The notes beneath the pieces are model-generated. The model searched no databases and had not been told where the DNA came from. It worked only from the letters and a program-made list of their open reading frames with translations. DNA of 64,000 nt from positions 14,074,001 through 14,138,000 of the forward strand of contig JBHGNT010000004.1 in assembly GCA_043228905.1 (NCBI GenBank), given 5' to 3'. Below, in pieces: positions 35,801 to 49,490 of this stretch. Source of the DNA: Azolla caroliniana (Eukaryota > Plantae > Polypodiophyta). The translations under genes and the position numbers were made by a program. Position 1 is the first letter of the stretch, and every line of letters starts with the position of its first letter.

Positions 35801-38052
35801 TGTCTCATCACCAACAAGGTTTAACTCATTCTCCCCGGTAATGAGCATCAGTTCTTCTTCACTTGTCGCGATCGCCGATGTTCCATTCCGATTCGAGGCT
35901 TTTCGGTCCGAACCCTTCTTTGAATCGGCCCTATCGATTCCCTTCTCTTTCCGGAAATGCCGACAGTTCTTCTGGAAGTGCCCTAGCTTCCCACAATAGA
36001 AGCAAGTAGGCCTCCCCCTTGACTTCGACCTTGTCCCCGATTTTTCCTGGTTTTGGGGACTCCGATACCAGCCTGCTCCCTGGTTGTGGTCATCTTCCGT
36101 AACGTCTCCTAACTATCTAGGAGGGAACCGAGCAGGAGCAATGCGAGTACCTCATCCGTGAGAGGTACTTCCAACGAGGTGGCTTGGTGTATTAGCCCTT
36201 GAAAGGCGTTCATGTGCTCTACCATACTAGAGCCGTCTTGGTACTGGAGCCTCACAAACTTCCGAAATACCGAAACCCTATTAATGACATTTGTATTCTA
36301 GGACATGATGTCGATCTTCTCCTAGAGTTCATGAGCCTTACTTTCTTCATTGAAGTTGTTGTACAAGCTCATGTCGATGAAGCACCATATGTATGCCGTC
36401 GTCTTCATGTACATCACCTCCCATGTCGCGGCATCGATCTTGTCTGGTTTCTTGTCCCGAACTATACCGGCAGCCAGAGATCTTTGACCACAAGCATGTC
36501 CATCATCTTCGACTTCCACACTAAGTAGTTGGAGCCGGTGAGCTTGAACATGCCACCGAACGACTCTTCCATTTGCTATGTTGTTCATTCTGATACCAGT
36601 TTGTGCAGAAATAATGCTCGGCCACAACCGAGTCTTCTACAAGGAATAGAAGAGAACAAACTAAAACCGAGATGACATAGGATGTTTACGTGGAAAACGC
36701 TAAATAGGGAAAAACCACGGGAGCCCATAGACTCCAAAGTATCATTGTATGAGAAAGGTACAATCAGAGACTTGGAGGCAACGACCTCGAGCTCTATAAC
36801 TTCGCCAAGCGACGGTTACAATAGAGTATTGCTCTATGTCTCACTCTCTCTCTCTCTATGTCGCTCTCTATACAATATGGTCTGAACAACAATTGACCAC
36901 AACACTCTAATTGCCCTAAGTCATATTTATACTCATATGACCTTAGGGCTATTTACAAATATAGCCTTAGTGGGCCTACTCTAACATATTTACATATGTG
37001 TGCCGTCCTCTGGTTCTCACCGAGTCCATCCGATCCGGTTTCCGGATTCCATCCGGATCCCTTCCTTCATCCGGTTCTCCTCCGATTCTCAACCAAATCC
37101 CATCCAGAGGGACCGAAATCCCAACACAGGGAGCCGGACCCATATGTGTACCGGTAGGCCGCTTAGAGGTCTATGTTTCTAGACTACTAGGTAGTCATGG
37201 TCCTTGTAGTTAGTGCCAGCCACTCGTATGAGCATTGAAGTACATAGTACTTCTGCCAATCCCTTGTGGACTAGTATAAAGAGTGCTCCTTGAGCACATC
37301 CTATGTACAGAGTATTATTTTTTGAATATAGTTTTTGCCATTCTGCTCTCTTTGTCTCTCCCACTCTTTATCTGTGTGTTGTAAGGTTTTTATTAAACTT
37401 GTACTCTCTCTGTTGTTATCCTGCTGAACCGGTTTGTCATAAGCCTCCGTATATTAGCGTTTACAAAGTACTTACATGCGTTTACCTATGATGTAATGCT
37501 TCCATGTGAACTATTTTTTCGTATTGAGTGGGCATCATGCTGCTTTCTGAACAATTTTTTCCAAGGGGTCATCTAGGTTTAACTCATATTATCGAGCTTT
37601 AGAACTCGAGTAAAACCACATGAGTTCCCCTATTGATGTTTTACTCATAGATTTGAGTTGAGTACTACATCTTTGCGCACACCACCACCACCACTTGTAT
37701 CAATTTGTGACTTATGTCAGACTTGTGCAAAATTCAACCACCATATTAGGATGTATATATGCATACTTCATACCATCCATTTATTTGTGACATTTTTTTT
37801 AGTAGTTAACACATGGTTTTTTGAACCTTGTTTTTGTCACTTCTTGACTCTTTTAGATAGTGATTTATGTCTATCTCTTTTTTCATCCATTTGCTTGTTA
37901 CTCGCAAGACTAGCATATTACTTGTGAGTGCATCTATTTTTGCTTGTAATACACTTTCTCAACCATATCAATACATGTTGGGTTGGCATTTTAATATAAC
38001 GCTAACTAGGAAATTACGTTGATGCTAGAACCATGGTTGATCCTCGGGGAGC
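31250..38052 (+). repeat. Old ~1.1-kb tandem duplication (C 3' UTR end, C 3' LTR, B leader); second copy split by Copia E
   Basis: ~31250-32385 is homologous to 32386-32575 plus 37127-38052, with GGAGC microhomology at the junction. Confidence 0.8.
32576..37126 (-). mobile_element. Degenerate Copia E (relative of D)
   Basis: 5' LTR 36602-37126, PBS 36589-36598, PPT ~32906-32918 and a deleted 3' LTR at 32576-32905. TSD TAGGG/CAGGG. WVVDSGASFH protease, integrase, RT and RH fragments. Confidence 0.9.
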
Positions 38053-38296
38053 CACCATGATTACTCAAGATAGAGATTCGAGAAACACATCTTAGCTATG
38101 CTTTCCCCCATGGTTTTTAAAACACCACAGTGTTACCATAGTTATCGGATCTCGAATCACATCTCATATGTCTAGAGGGATAAAGACATGAGATGGTTTC
38201 TTGGATAAAGTTCTTGGAATCAAAATTTCAAGCATTCATTTTGCTTGCGTATTTTCTAAACCTCCTTATTTAAATTATGTACACACAACTTGCATC

Positions 38297-38898
38297 ATGG
38301 AAGAAGTTTTAAACAAACACTGTTGGAGTGATATCTCCGACTGAGACCTCTCAACTCCAATCCACATCTCGCACACAAGCTGAGATCATTATTGAGCAAT
38401 TGGTCACTACTACCTTGAATCAATTGGCCGAAATGAAGCAAGCCACTATGGCTTTGGAAAGGAAATTCTAAGAATTGACTATTGAGTCCAAGAAAGAAGG
38501 TGAACCTTCTTTCATAGTCACGCCATTCAAGGGAGATAAGAAAGAAAGAACCGAGGACGCCATTAACACTTGGTTTGGTCGTTGGGAGTCTCACTTTGAG
38601 TTCCATCCCATGCCCAATGCTATAAAAATTGGTTATGTCGGTCGTGAGTTAGGTGGCCGAGCTACTACTTGGTGGCGTAGTCTAAGGATTGCAAAAATCT
38701 TACCCACAACTTGGGAAGGTTTCGTAGATGTTTTTGAGAAATAGTTCTTGCAGCCACCTTCTCAAACCAAACAAGTGCAAATCTTGCAGAGCAAGCCATT
38801 ACTTCTTTCAAGGATTATGTGGATCATGCTCAGACCAAGATCCAAAAATCGGGAGTTACGGCTGAGAAATGGTTTGTCACTTTATTGTCCGCTGGAAT
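38297..38898 (+). pseudogene. Family A/B Gypsy-type gag, interrupted at 38899
   Basis: ORF 38475-38744 reads TWFGRWESHFEF...RATTWWRSL...PTTWEGF, followed by a YVDHAQTKIQKSG match to the A2 gag. Confidence 0.7.
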
Positions 38899-41800
38899 TG
38901 TAACCGCTAGACAGAATGCATAAATAGATTAGAAGCGTTAAGTAAAGAAATGTAACGATTCACGCGGGAAGCGTGAACAGCTGAACGCCTTGTGTATATA
39001 AAGGGCATAAATCCTTTGTAAGAGGTAGCGTGTAATTTTTAAGCGTGAGGTTTTATTTTCTAATAGAATCTTATCTTCTCTGATTTTCTATTCGTAAGTG
39101 TGTCTCTGAAAGCGTGAGGTAAGAGTCAACGTAGTAGCGCACTCAGGTTCTCGGTCGTAGTCGTGAACCTTCACTCATAGATACGCATTATTACACAAAC
39201 AACGGAGTATGGCTCATGCCTCGTGTAACGGCATACCTTGCCACACGATCCCCTTGAGTTCTATCGGTATGCCGTAGACAATGTTCCGTATCGGTAACAC
39301 GTTTGGCACGCCCAGTGATCTGTGATTTCTCACAGATGAACAACAAGGGATGGATGTCTAGCCATAGACGACCCAGAGAACCGACCCGGCAAGACCAACC
39401 ACTCACGAGGTCCATCACACGCCAGACAGAGGAGCGCGCAAAGCAAAAATCCCGCTTTAGCTATTCCCTTCAGGAATACAAAGTTGACTCCTCACTCACA
39501 GAACACCACGACGTCAAGCAGGAAGTATTATCACCACACAAGAACTGTGGTCTTCCCCTACCCACTATAGCATTCAGAATGGCCTTCTCCTATCCACGCT
39601 TCAATGGCGAAACAGACGCCGCAAGCCACACCCAGCTGTTCCTGAATGTTTGGATGCTAATCACATGGCGCAACGGCTTCCAGTAGTAGAAGCACACGAA
39701 TCGAAAATTGCAGAGTTCGAATTAACTCTGGATGGGAGAGCGGCATGTTGGCACTCTCAAATGGACCTGGCAGCAATCACGACCTTCGATCACTTGCAAT
39801 AAGCATTTTTGCGATTTTTTCATAGAAGGGTACTGCAACGAGAGATTATTGGGCAATTTTACACCATCAAGCAATCGCCAACAGAATCCGTGACAGATTT
39901 TAGTCTACGACGACAACTTACATGGGCCCCAACAGATGAGGAAGCTAAGGAGACATTTTTGGCAGCCCTCTGACGACCTATCAGAACGACGTTGAACACG
40001 CATAGTGTGAAAGGGGAAACAACCGATATGGTTATAGAGAGAGCATTACAACTCGAATTGGAAGAAGATGACGGATTTTCCATGTTGTCGTTACGTCAAG
40101 CGTTGCCTCAGGACAAGGAACACCGCTTCCACCAAGCTCAACTCATACTCCGGGCATTCCGCCGTGGAATGCAATATGCGAATTCATAGCCCAATTTGTC
40201 ACTCAAAGGCACACACGGTCGAGCAGTGTAAATACAATATGCTTAACAAACCTACACCCATAGTACGACGCGTAGAACCACAGAGGCCACTTCGCGGAAA
40301 TGATCAAGGGCGACAAGAGGAACGAAATCCACGCAAAGACCATTATTACCGTAATCGCCGGAACAACTTATATTCTGATGAAGAGGAATTGGAGGACGAA
40401 GAATATCAGGGGAACAACCGATATAATAAAGGGGGGCGTCATTATAACAATTGACGTTTTGCAACCAATCGCGAGGGATTCAATGGACCACGACTGCAAG
40501 GACATAATAGGTAGTATAAGGACCAACGTCGATATGACGAAAGTTCGGAAGATGAACATCGCCAGGAGACACATTGTGAACCCCGACACCCACCATGGAA
40601 TAACAGGAGGTTTCAACAAAACCGGGATGAACAAGCAATAGCCATGGAAATGGCTACACCGCCAGAGAGAGAGACAGGTTAGTCCAGTGTCCATTGTTTC
40701 GTATGCCAACAACCCGGACATTATGCGACTTAGTGTCCACTTCGCAAAGGCAAAGGACCCGCCATAAATATGATTACGGCGGAAGTTCAACAAGTGACAA
40801 CACAGTAGCAAACCAAGAACGTGGACTGGACTGTGCAAGAGGAGATACCCAAAGCGGCCCAAGCTTGGGTAGAAAAAGCTAACGCAGCAAATACGGAAAG
40901 TATGAGGGAGGAATCCGCAAAGAACTTACCAAGGGGAGAAGATACGGTATCACCGGATTCCATATGGCAAGCACTGGTGGACTGCGAGATAATGATGACC
41001 ATGGAGAAGCTCCTCCGACTGGTTCCACAATTCCGAGAAGCAATGGAGAAGTGCATTATGGGCACATCTGGGATAGATGTCTTGTGTCATTAGTACGACT
41101 ACATGCGAACAATTAAGAATTTCGAATTGGGAAGTTTTCTCTTTTTGGCTTCGCATGGCAAACACTAGATCTGTCAGACCCTTAGGGTTGATCCGGAAAT
41201 TAGGCATTATCGTCAACAGTCATCGTTTTGACATTTCGGCAGTGGTATTGGCACTTGATGTGCCAGGAGCGTACCCAATATTGCTCGGTAGACCGTGGGT
41301 TCGAGCGGCTAACATCAAACAGGACTGGCAGGATAACTGTATCAGTTTCCGACGAGGACGCAGCAAAATCCACGTACCCACTTAGGAATTGGCAGCACAA
41401 CCCAAGGGCATAACACCATTATATGCAGAAGAAATAAATATGCTAGAAGGGGTAGATGATGCGGAGCTGGAAACATACCTTGATGATCACCTGCGGATCG
41501 TCCCATTATTTGAAATTGATATTATGGAAACTCCTGCGGATTACGTGCCTTGTAATAGGCTTCAGGAAGAGGCGTATGAGCTGGATCCAGAATCGTTGCT
41601 AGAGCTATGCAGGGCACAAGCAACGTTTGACCGGGAAATGGAAATCTCACGGCAAGTCTCAGCCTCAGCATTAGAAGATGCCAGTGTTGGAACGACAAAG
41701 GATCCACGAGTACTCTCAATTGCAAAGGATTTACCCCTGAGTCAGAAGAAAGTAATGATAGTACTGCTCAAGGAATATAAAGATGTGTTTGCTTGGTCCC

Positions 41801-43820
41801 ACGAAGACATGAAGGGGTTGGAGCCAAAGTTTTACCAGCATAAGATCAACTTAGCTACTGATGCAAAACCTATACAACAGCGTCAGTATTGCATGAATCC
41901 GAATTACGCGGCTCGCGTAAAAGAGGAAATTGACAAACTTCTCAAGGCAGGGTTTATTCGACCAATTAAGCAAGCTACATGGCTAAGCCCAATAGTCGTA
42001 GTACCGAAGAAAAATGGCAAAATCCGCGTTTGCGTAGACTATCGGAAATTGAACGCCGTAACAATTACAAATGTGTTCCCCCTTACCTTTCAACGACAGC
42101 GTACTAGACGCAGTCGCAGGGCATGATATGTACAACTTTCTGGACAACTTCAGTGGTTATAATCAAGTGCGCATGCATCCTAACGACCAAGAGAAGACGG
42201 TGTTTGTCACCGACTAGGGGGTTTATGTCGCGGTAATCATGACGTTTGGGTTAAAGACAGCGCCTGCCACATTCTAGCGGACAATTACAGAAATTTTTGG
42301 GGAATACATACCCGCCTTTCTGCAAGTCTTTCTGGACGATTTTGTGGTGTATGGGACAGTAGCTGAACATCTAAGTCATTTACGGCTTTGTCTAGAGCGC
42401 TGCCGCACTTCACGCTTAAGCCTGAATCCGGCTAAATGCACATTCGGCGTCACTAGTGGAGCCCTTCTCGGCCACATTGTAAACAAGGGATAGCGGTGGA
42501 CCCGAACAAAATTTCTGTGATCATTCAGGCACAAACGCCAACGACTGCCAAAGCACTTAGCTGTTTTTTGGAACAAATACATTGGCATAGTCGTATGTTA
42601 CAGTATTTGGCAGATTTTGCTAAGCCACTACATGCCGCTGTACACCGCACACCTTTCAAATGGACGACAGTCGAAGAAAAAGTGTACGACGCACTTAAAA
42701 TAATGTTAACACAAGCACCGGTTGTACAACCAACGGATTGGGTGAAACCGTTCCATGTCATTGTGGATGCTTTGAATATAGCAATAGGCAACACGTTGAT
42801 GTAGCTCACAAAACCGAATTGATATAGACTGGTCTATTACGCCAGTCGAAAGTTATCAACGGCCAAACGTAACTACTCCACAATAGAACGGGAGGCGTTG
42901 GGAATGATATATAACATCAATAAATTCCGCCATTATCTACTAGGGCGAAAATTTACGTTTCACGTAGATCATGCGGCGTTGCTCTACCTTGTGGAGAAAC
43001 AAGCGCTAACAGGTAAACTGGCTAGATGGATGCTATTGCTCCAAGAATTCGACTTCATAATTTAGTATCGCCTAGGAACGCAACACGCCATAGCAGATTT
43101 CTTGAGCAGGGTGGATAACGAGGAAACTACAAGGAAAGATGAAGATGACTTTCCCGATGCGGACATTCTGTGGGTCGCGATGGTAGTGTCACAGGAAGAG
43201 AAACATTTTCCGGATCGATGGCTAATGGAAATGACATACTCTCTGACTACAGGAATGCCACTGCCACAATTAAGGACGGACGAAAAGAAGCGATTGGGTG
43301 TCTGTAGCCATAACTTATGCCTGGTTGAAAGAATACTGTATCAGAAGGGCAGCGATGGAATCTGGCGACGTGGGGTACATCATGATGAGAAGGAAGCTGT
43401 TTTACGCGAAGCTCACTGTGGTACGGCATGGGGGCATTATGCGGGAGATGTTACGTCTAGAAAAATATGGCAAGCCGGTCTATGGTGGCCGACCACGCAA
43501 AAGGACGCGCACCTCAATTGCAAGCAATGTGATTTATGCCAACGATTGGGTCAGTCCATGGAGGGTGCGAGAATGCCACATCGACCCATTCTTCTGCTAG
43601 ATCCATTCCAGAAGTGGGGTCTTGATTTTGTGGGAACCTTTACACCAGCAGCAATTCGAACAGGTAATAGATATATTCTTGTAGCCACGAACTATTGCAC
43701 TAAGTGGGTGGAAGCAAAGGCGCTACGGGACAACATGGCGGCATCTACGGAATTTTTTTTGTATAAATACATCTGGTGCCATTTTGGTTGCCCCATCGAG
43801 CTCATCAATGATCAAGGGAC
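38899..43820 (+). mobile_element. Second Athila-like Gypsy, degenerate and 3'-truncated inside integrase
   Basis: LTR 38899-39299 (TG..CA) and PBS TGGCACGCCCAGTG at 39304-39317. The gag-pol (from ~39579) is homologous to 6248-10640, with the protease active site deleted, and ends at ELINDQG. Confidence 0.9.
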
Positions 43821-46730
43821 GTGATGTGCTTCGGTCACGTGGGGGCTCTTGTGGCCCACTAGGCCTTGCCGCTATCAAAATTTCTTCGAACATGTGTTCG
43901 AAGCGATCTCCATCTTCTACCTCTTGTTCGGTGGATTCTGGCTCGAGCGGAGTCAGAGTCGACGTTGTCTCTGGTGCGTGCCAGGATGCGGACTCGTCGA
44001 AGACTATGTCTCAACTTACTCGAACCGCTCAAGTAGAAGGGTTGTAGCACTTGTATGCCTTCTTCTCAGACGAGTATCCTATGAGGATACATTCCTCCGA
44101 CTTCACGTCAGGCTTCTATCATTGTTCGTTCAAGATGCGTACATTTGCAATGCTTCCGAACACCTTGAGGTGCGACCGGATCGACTTCCTTCCAACGAGG
44201 AGCTCGTCGTATGGAGTTAGCTCATGCACTCCATTAGTGGTGCATCGATTCATGAGATAGATAGCCGTGGATGCCGCTTCGGCCCAATAGTAATTTGGCA
44301 TGTGCTTCTCATCCATCATGGTGCGTGCTACCTCGAGTATTTTCTGATTTTTCCTTTCGGCGACTCCATTTTGTCAGAGGGTGTGTCGGCATGAGAATTC
44401 TCTTCGAATGCCTTCACTTTGGGGGTAGGCGGTGAATTCATCGGAGAAGTACTCCTTGCCCCTATCCGATTGTAGGCATTGAATGTGCCGACCGGTTTCT
44501 TTTTCGACTTGGCCCTTGAGCTTTTGGAAGTGGGAGAGCACTTCCCTTTTCTTCTTCATCGGGTAGATCCACGCGTAGTGCGAGTAGTTGTCGATGAAGG
44601 TTACGTAGTATCGGCATCCACCGATCGTCAGTGTTTGAGCCGGTCCCCATACATCCAAGTGTGTGACGTCAAGGAGGCATTTGCTTGTGGAGCTCTCCTT
44701 CGGAAATGGGAGTCGATGTTGTTTGCTAAGTTGACACGCTTTGCATACTCGGTCGACTCGTTCCGACTCGAATGTCGGAAGTCCGATGAGGACTCCCTTT
44801 GTTTGCATAGCTCAATGCTGTTGGAGGTTTATGTGGCCGATTCTCTTGTGCCACAACTCGATGCTTGTCTCAGTTTTGAGACTTTTAGCCTACATTGCTA
44901 ATTTTACCTCATTCGAATCGAGGATGAACATTCGGCCGTCTCTCCACCCCTTCGCTATGAGTTGGCCATCTTTCTCGATGAAGCATCCTTCTTTGTTGAA
45001 ACGAACTTCCATTCCTTGCTCCACGATTTGGCCTACCGAGACCAAATTCTTCGTTATCGTGGGCACATGCAAGACATTCTTGATGTAATTGTTCTTGCCA
45101 TCATTGCCGAATGGAACGTTGCCGATGTGCAGAAGGGATGTGTGGTGTCGTCTCCCATCTCTATGTAGCTAGGTTGATCCGGTGTACGCAAGTCATTGAA
45201 CCACTCTTTGTGGGATGTCATGTGATGTGAGGCGCCGGAATCGACAAACCACACGTCTTCCGAATTGGAGGTGCTTGCAGAGTCGGAGGCCATCATAGAG
45301 TTCGCTTTATGCCTCATTACAAATAGTCTACCGTAGTCGTCGTATTCGGAATTGATGGCATAATTTGAGAGTTGTCTACTTGTTGAAGCCGACTCACTTC
45401 TCTTTTTCCGACACTCCGCCTCATAGTGGCCAATTTTGCCGCAATAATTGCAAGTTCCGGGCCTCGTTTGCCGACCACGTTTGGCATGGAAGCTCCCCCT
45501 TCTTCCGAAGGTTCCTTAATGGCTTCCGTAAAGGTTTCAGTTCCCTTCATGTGATCAGTCCAATTGACCTCTTCTACCACCGCGACCTCGTCCTCGGCCA
45601 CCGTCCGAATTCGAGAAGAACATTTGTCCTTCCGACATCTTGCTTTTGGTTCAGACATGGTTCTCTTCGACCAATATTGTTGATTGGAGGTCGAAAAATG
45701 AAGGAGTGTTTTCTCTCACCAAGATTGCCGTCCGTAATGGATCGAATCGTTGTGCAAGGCCGCCCAAGCATACTTGAACCATCTCGTCTTCGTCGACATT
45801 TATGTTGATGGCGCCAAGTGAGTCGCAAATGCTCTTGATCTTGGTGGTGTAGTCCGACACGAACATGTCTTTTTGTCAAATGTTATTCAACTCTTGTCGG
45901 AGTTGAAGCTTTCAGGCAGTCGTGTTGGCGGCGAACATTTTCTTTGAGTTCTCCAATGCCTCTTTGGGCATCTTGGCGTCTTGAATGTGGCTAAGCATCA
46001 TGTTGCCAAGCAATACATGACTCGACACGCCGCTTGCCCCCATGTTGAGTAGTTGGCATTCTTTGGGTCGGGTCGATTTTCTTCAGCGTCGTTGATGTAG
46101 CTCGAATACCCTTGGCCGACGAGGTATTGGGTCATATTGTACTCCCAAGATGAATAATTGCTCCAGTCTAGCTTTTCACTAGAGAGCGAGCTACCCATTT
46201 GTGTGTTCATGTTGATTAGTGTCTTCTCTTCTTTTGCTTTTCTTCCTTCGATCACGTACACGTGCTACGTAACGGCACTACGGTAGCCGATAGCCGGATT
46301 TTGTCGTCGGCGTCTCGAACACACTATTATGAAGAGGCGGATGGGCTTAGTGGATGTGCTAAACCACACACTCTGATACCATGTTAATAATTAGGTAATT
46401 AAGCAAGGGTTAATTAGTACTTAATTATGTGATTAAGTTAAGCGTGAAAGATTATGTGATACATGTGTGTATGTGTGTGAGAGGAAGAGAGAGAGAGGAA
46501 GTTAACACTTATGAACAACACAAGATGGGGAATGATTAACTCTATATTAAATTAGCATTATTATCATCAAATACAAAAATACCTACAATGAGGTATATAT
46601 AGATTTCATGTGCAAGGGTGCACATGTGTGAGGATAATATATGTACAAAAGTGTAAGTCCTATATTAAATGTACTTAAGAGTGGAGGATCTAGAATATCC
46701 CACTTAAGTAAAAGGTCCTAGAATATTCTA
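43821..46730 (-). mobile_element. Degenerate Copia G (LTR ~46382-46730, PBS 46371-46381, gag-PR-INT, 3' truncated)
   Basis: TGGTATCAGAG next to the LTR, WFVDSGASHHMT and integrase fragments. No RT. Confidence 0.85.
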
Positions 46731-48311
46731 CATTTCAGATGATCAAAAGCATGATATACTATTTGTTCAACATTGTTTTAAGCTTCACCATGTAGATTTA
46801 TTGTCCTTGGGTGTTAACTTCAATCGCCATTGGGTTTGGTCTAATGATGTTGCCTCGCAATTTAAGGCGGCCCAGTCCTTCTATTTCATCATTGCAAGGT
46901 GAGGAAATAGTCCATATGTTTGGTACTTATAAATGGAAGTCTATTTTAGTAATACTCCATAGTACTTCTAAATGTTTGTATAAAATACTGAATTAGTAAT
47001 TCTCCAGCTACATGCACCAATACTATCTTGAAATGTGAATCTGAACTGACTGGCCATTTAGTTCTCTCCTTCTAGATTCACTAGTACTGATTATGGTAAT
47101 AACCATGTTAAGTAAACTTAACTTACAATTTAGTATTATCCTCGTACGTGCACAAGTACTAATTAAGGTTTAGGCCTTGTAATGTATCCTTAATTTACAA
47201 CATAGTATTGTCCTCTCTGGTGCACATGCACAAGTTCTGACTATGGTTTACAACTAAGTACTTAGATCCCACATACAGAAGTACTAATTTATAACTTAGG
47301 ACTGTATTCCTTCATTGGCATGAGTACTAATTTATATCTCAGCACTGGCCTCCCTTGTGCATTAGTACTAATGAAAAACATATTACTATCCTCTTTTGTT
47401 GATTAGTACTAATTTATAACTTTGGACCGCCATCCGGCAAGCACGAGCACTGATTAATACTTACATTGTCCTCTCTCAGTAATCTTTGTACTAATTCATG
47501 ACTTAATTGTATTCAACTTTGTTCGTTAGTACTAATTTATAACTTAGGATTGTGCTCTCTCATTAATATTAATTATTAACTTAGTATTATCCAACCATGT
47601 TCATTAGTACTAATTATTAACTTAGTACTGTCCAACTTTGTTCATTAAGACCAACTTATAAGTTAGGACTGTCCTCTCTCATGCATTAGTACTAATTAAT
47701 AACTTAGTACTCTCCAACTTTGTTCATTACGACCAACTTATAACTTATGACTGTTCTCTCTCATGCATTAGTACTAATTAATAACTTACCACTTCCCTCT
47801 CTCGTTTGTTAGTACTAATTTCCAACTTATTACTATCCTTTCGCGTGCATTAGTACTAATTAATAACTTACCACTTCCCTCTCTCATCTGTTAGCACTAA
47901 TCTCCAACTTAGTACTATCCTCTCTCGTGCATTAGTACTAATCAATAACTTAGTACTATCCTCTCTTGTTCATTTGTATTGATTCGTCTGTTAATACTGT
48001 TCACTCATGCATAAGTAATAATTATGGTTTAAGTCATGCAATTAATTGTGTTTGTTGGCTAACTGTCATGCAAAACACCTAGATACTTCTCATTGACAAA
48101 CATTAGGATGCAATGGAACTACTTCGGGTCTGGACATGGAAAGGGAGAGCATGATTGCGCGGGGGCTGTGATCAAGTGTGCTCTTACAAGTGAGCAGTTG
48201 GATAATAAAGGTGTTAAGTTACAAAATGCCCATGATGTTGTGGAGTGGCTCATATGGAAGATGTCAAATGATGGTAAGAATAGATTATTTATTGAGGTTC
48301 GTGCTAATGAG
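46730..48311 (+). pseudogene. Intron-split DDE transposase fragment, Sola2-like (exons ~46730-46898 and 48083-~48311)
   Basis: Spliced translation ISDDQKHDILFVQHCF...WVWSNDVASQFK...IAR/YFSLTNIRMQWNYFGSGHGKGEHDCAGAVIK. In-frame GT-AG intron at 46899-48082 with a CTAAC branch motif near 48059. Confidence 0.7.
47080..48000. repeat. Degenerate AT-rich ~35-40 bp tandem repeats (TTAGTACTAATT..TAACTTAG) inside the transposase intron
   Basis: Many recurring AGTACT-centred palindromic units. Confidence 0.75.
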
Positions 48312-48773
48312 GTGAATAAACTTATAGACAATTATAGACAATTATAAACAACCACCCAGATACAATTATAGACAACCACCCAAATATAATAAACTTAGCT
48401 AGTTACTGAGCGGCACTTCATCATCAGAGGTAGTAGAGTACTGAGTGGCACGAGACAGTAGGAAATTAACTACAATGCATATCAAGTTAGTACTTAAACT
48501 ATGTTCAGTGTTTACTAACCTAGACATATCTAAGATAGGAGTGTTCATTCCACTCATGACTTTACATTCTCATTGTCACATGTGTGCATAACAAGTAAAT
48601 CAAAACTGTGTCAAGATGAGGGTAATCAATAACTTAGCATTCCTATCAATAACTTTGCATCCAATTCACAGTCTAGATAAGTAAACCAAAATAGTGTCAA
48701 GAAGCAGGTAATCAATAACTTTACATTCGGTAATCAATTACATACAACGATCAAAATACAATAAACTTTGGTT

Positions 48774-49490
48774 TTAGTTTTTTCTAGATCTTGTAATGCG
48801 CCTATTTTTGGTTTCATTCTTTTCAGATTTCACACCCTTCTTCATCTTAAAGCCACGAGGTAGTAAACTACTTAGTGGAAATTCATCATCGGAGGGTGAA
48901 GCCAAGCTTGAGGGAACAATGTGCTCTATTGCTACTGCATGAGATGCATACACTTCCAAGAAGATGCAGTTGATAGTGTTACGAGAAATCTCCTGGAGGT
49001 CATTGGACACATCATTCTTCAATTTTCCCAGTTCCTCTTCGTGGGTAGACACCACTACCACTTTATTAGGAGTAAAAACATGTTCTACATCTTGGGTGCT
49101 TGTCTTCACTGCAAACTCCCCGCTGATGATGCTAGACACTTGCTCCAAGTGCAAGTTACTTGCAGTATTTTGGACAAACACCTCATTCGTAGTACCACCC
49201 TCTCCTTCTTCTTGGGTAGTTGCGATAGTCTCCTTAATGATACAATCTTGCCCTAGGTTAAGGATGGTTGTGGTTTTTTGGACACACACCTCATTCTTTG
49301 TACAACCATGATCCTCTCCTTGGGTCAAATTCACATTCCCTATAGACTCCTCATATAAGTTGCTTGTCCACTCCAACTCCTCGTTTTGGGTGATTTCACA
49401 TTCCTCATGTGTGGTAGCATTTTGAGCATGAATAATCAAGATTGCTCCATAAACTGCCTGAATCATCTGATGGTATTTGTAAATCTCCAT
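48774..49490 (-). CDS. Unknown 238-aa acidic ORF with basic C-terminal tail; possible last exon of a spliced gene convergent with the transposase
   Basis: Long stop-free ORF in AT-rich DNA, with an internal repeat (TQGEDHGCTKNEVCVQ / TQEEGEGGTTNEVFVQ). No recognisable domain. Confidence 0.35.
   Translation of the reverse strand: MEIYKYHQMIQAVYGAILIIHAQNATTHEECEITQNEELEWTSNLYEESIGNVNLTQGEDHGCTKNEVCVQKTTTILNLGQDCIIKETIATTQEEGEGGTTNEVFVQNTASNLHLEQVSSIISGEFAVKTSTQDVEHVFTPNKVVVVSTHEEELGKLKNDVSNDLQEISRNTINCIFLEVYASHAVAIEHIVPSSLASPSDDEFPLSSLLPRGFKMKKGVKSEKNETKNRRITRSRKN

Larger units (their letters stand above)
21113..38898 (+). mobile_element. Diverged family A copy B (LTR 21113-21562, PBS 21564-21575, leader pieces 21576-22118, 31792-32385 and 37466-38296, gag 38297-38898), host to several insertions
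   Basis: LTR shares GGGGCC..TATAAATA..AGC(C/T)ACCCTCAT and GGGGTGGTC with the reverse complement of A1/A2. The pre-gag leader and gag match A2. Linking the pieces into one element is inferred. Confidence 0.6.
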
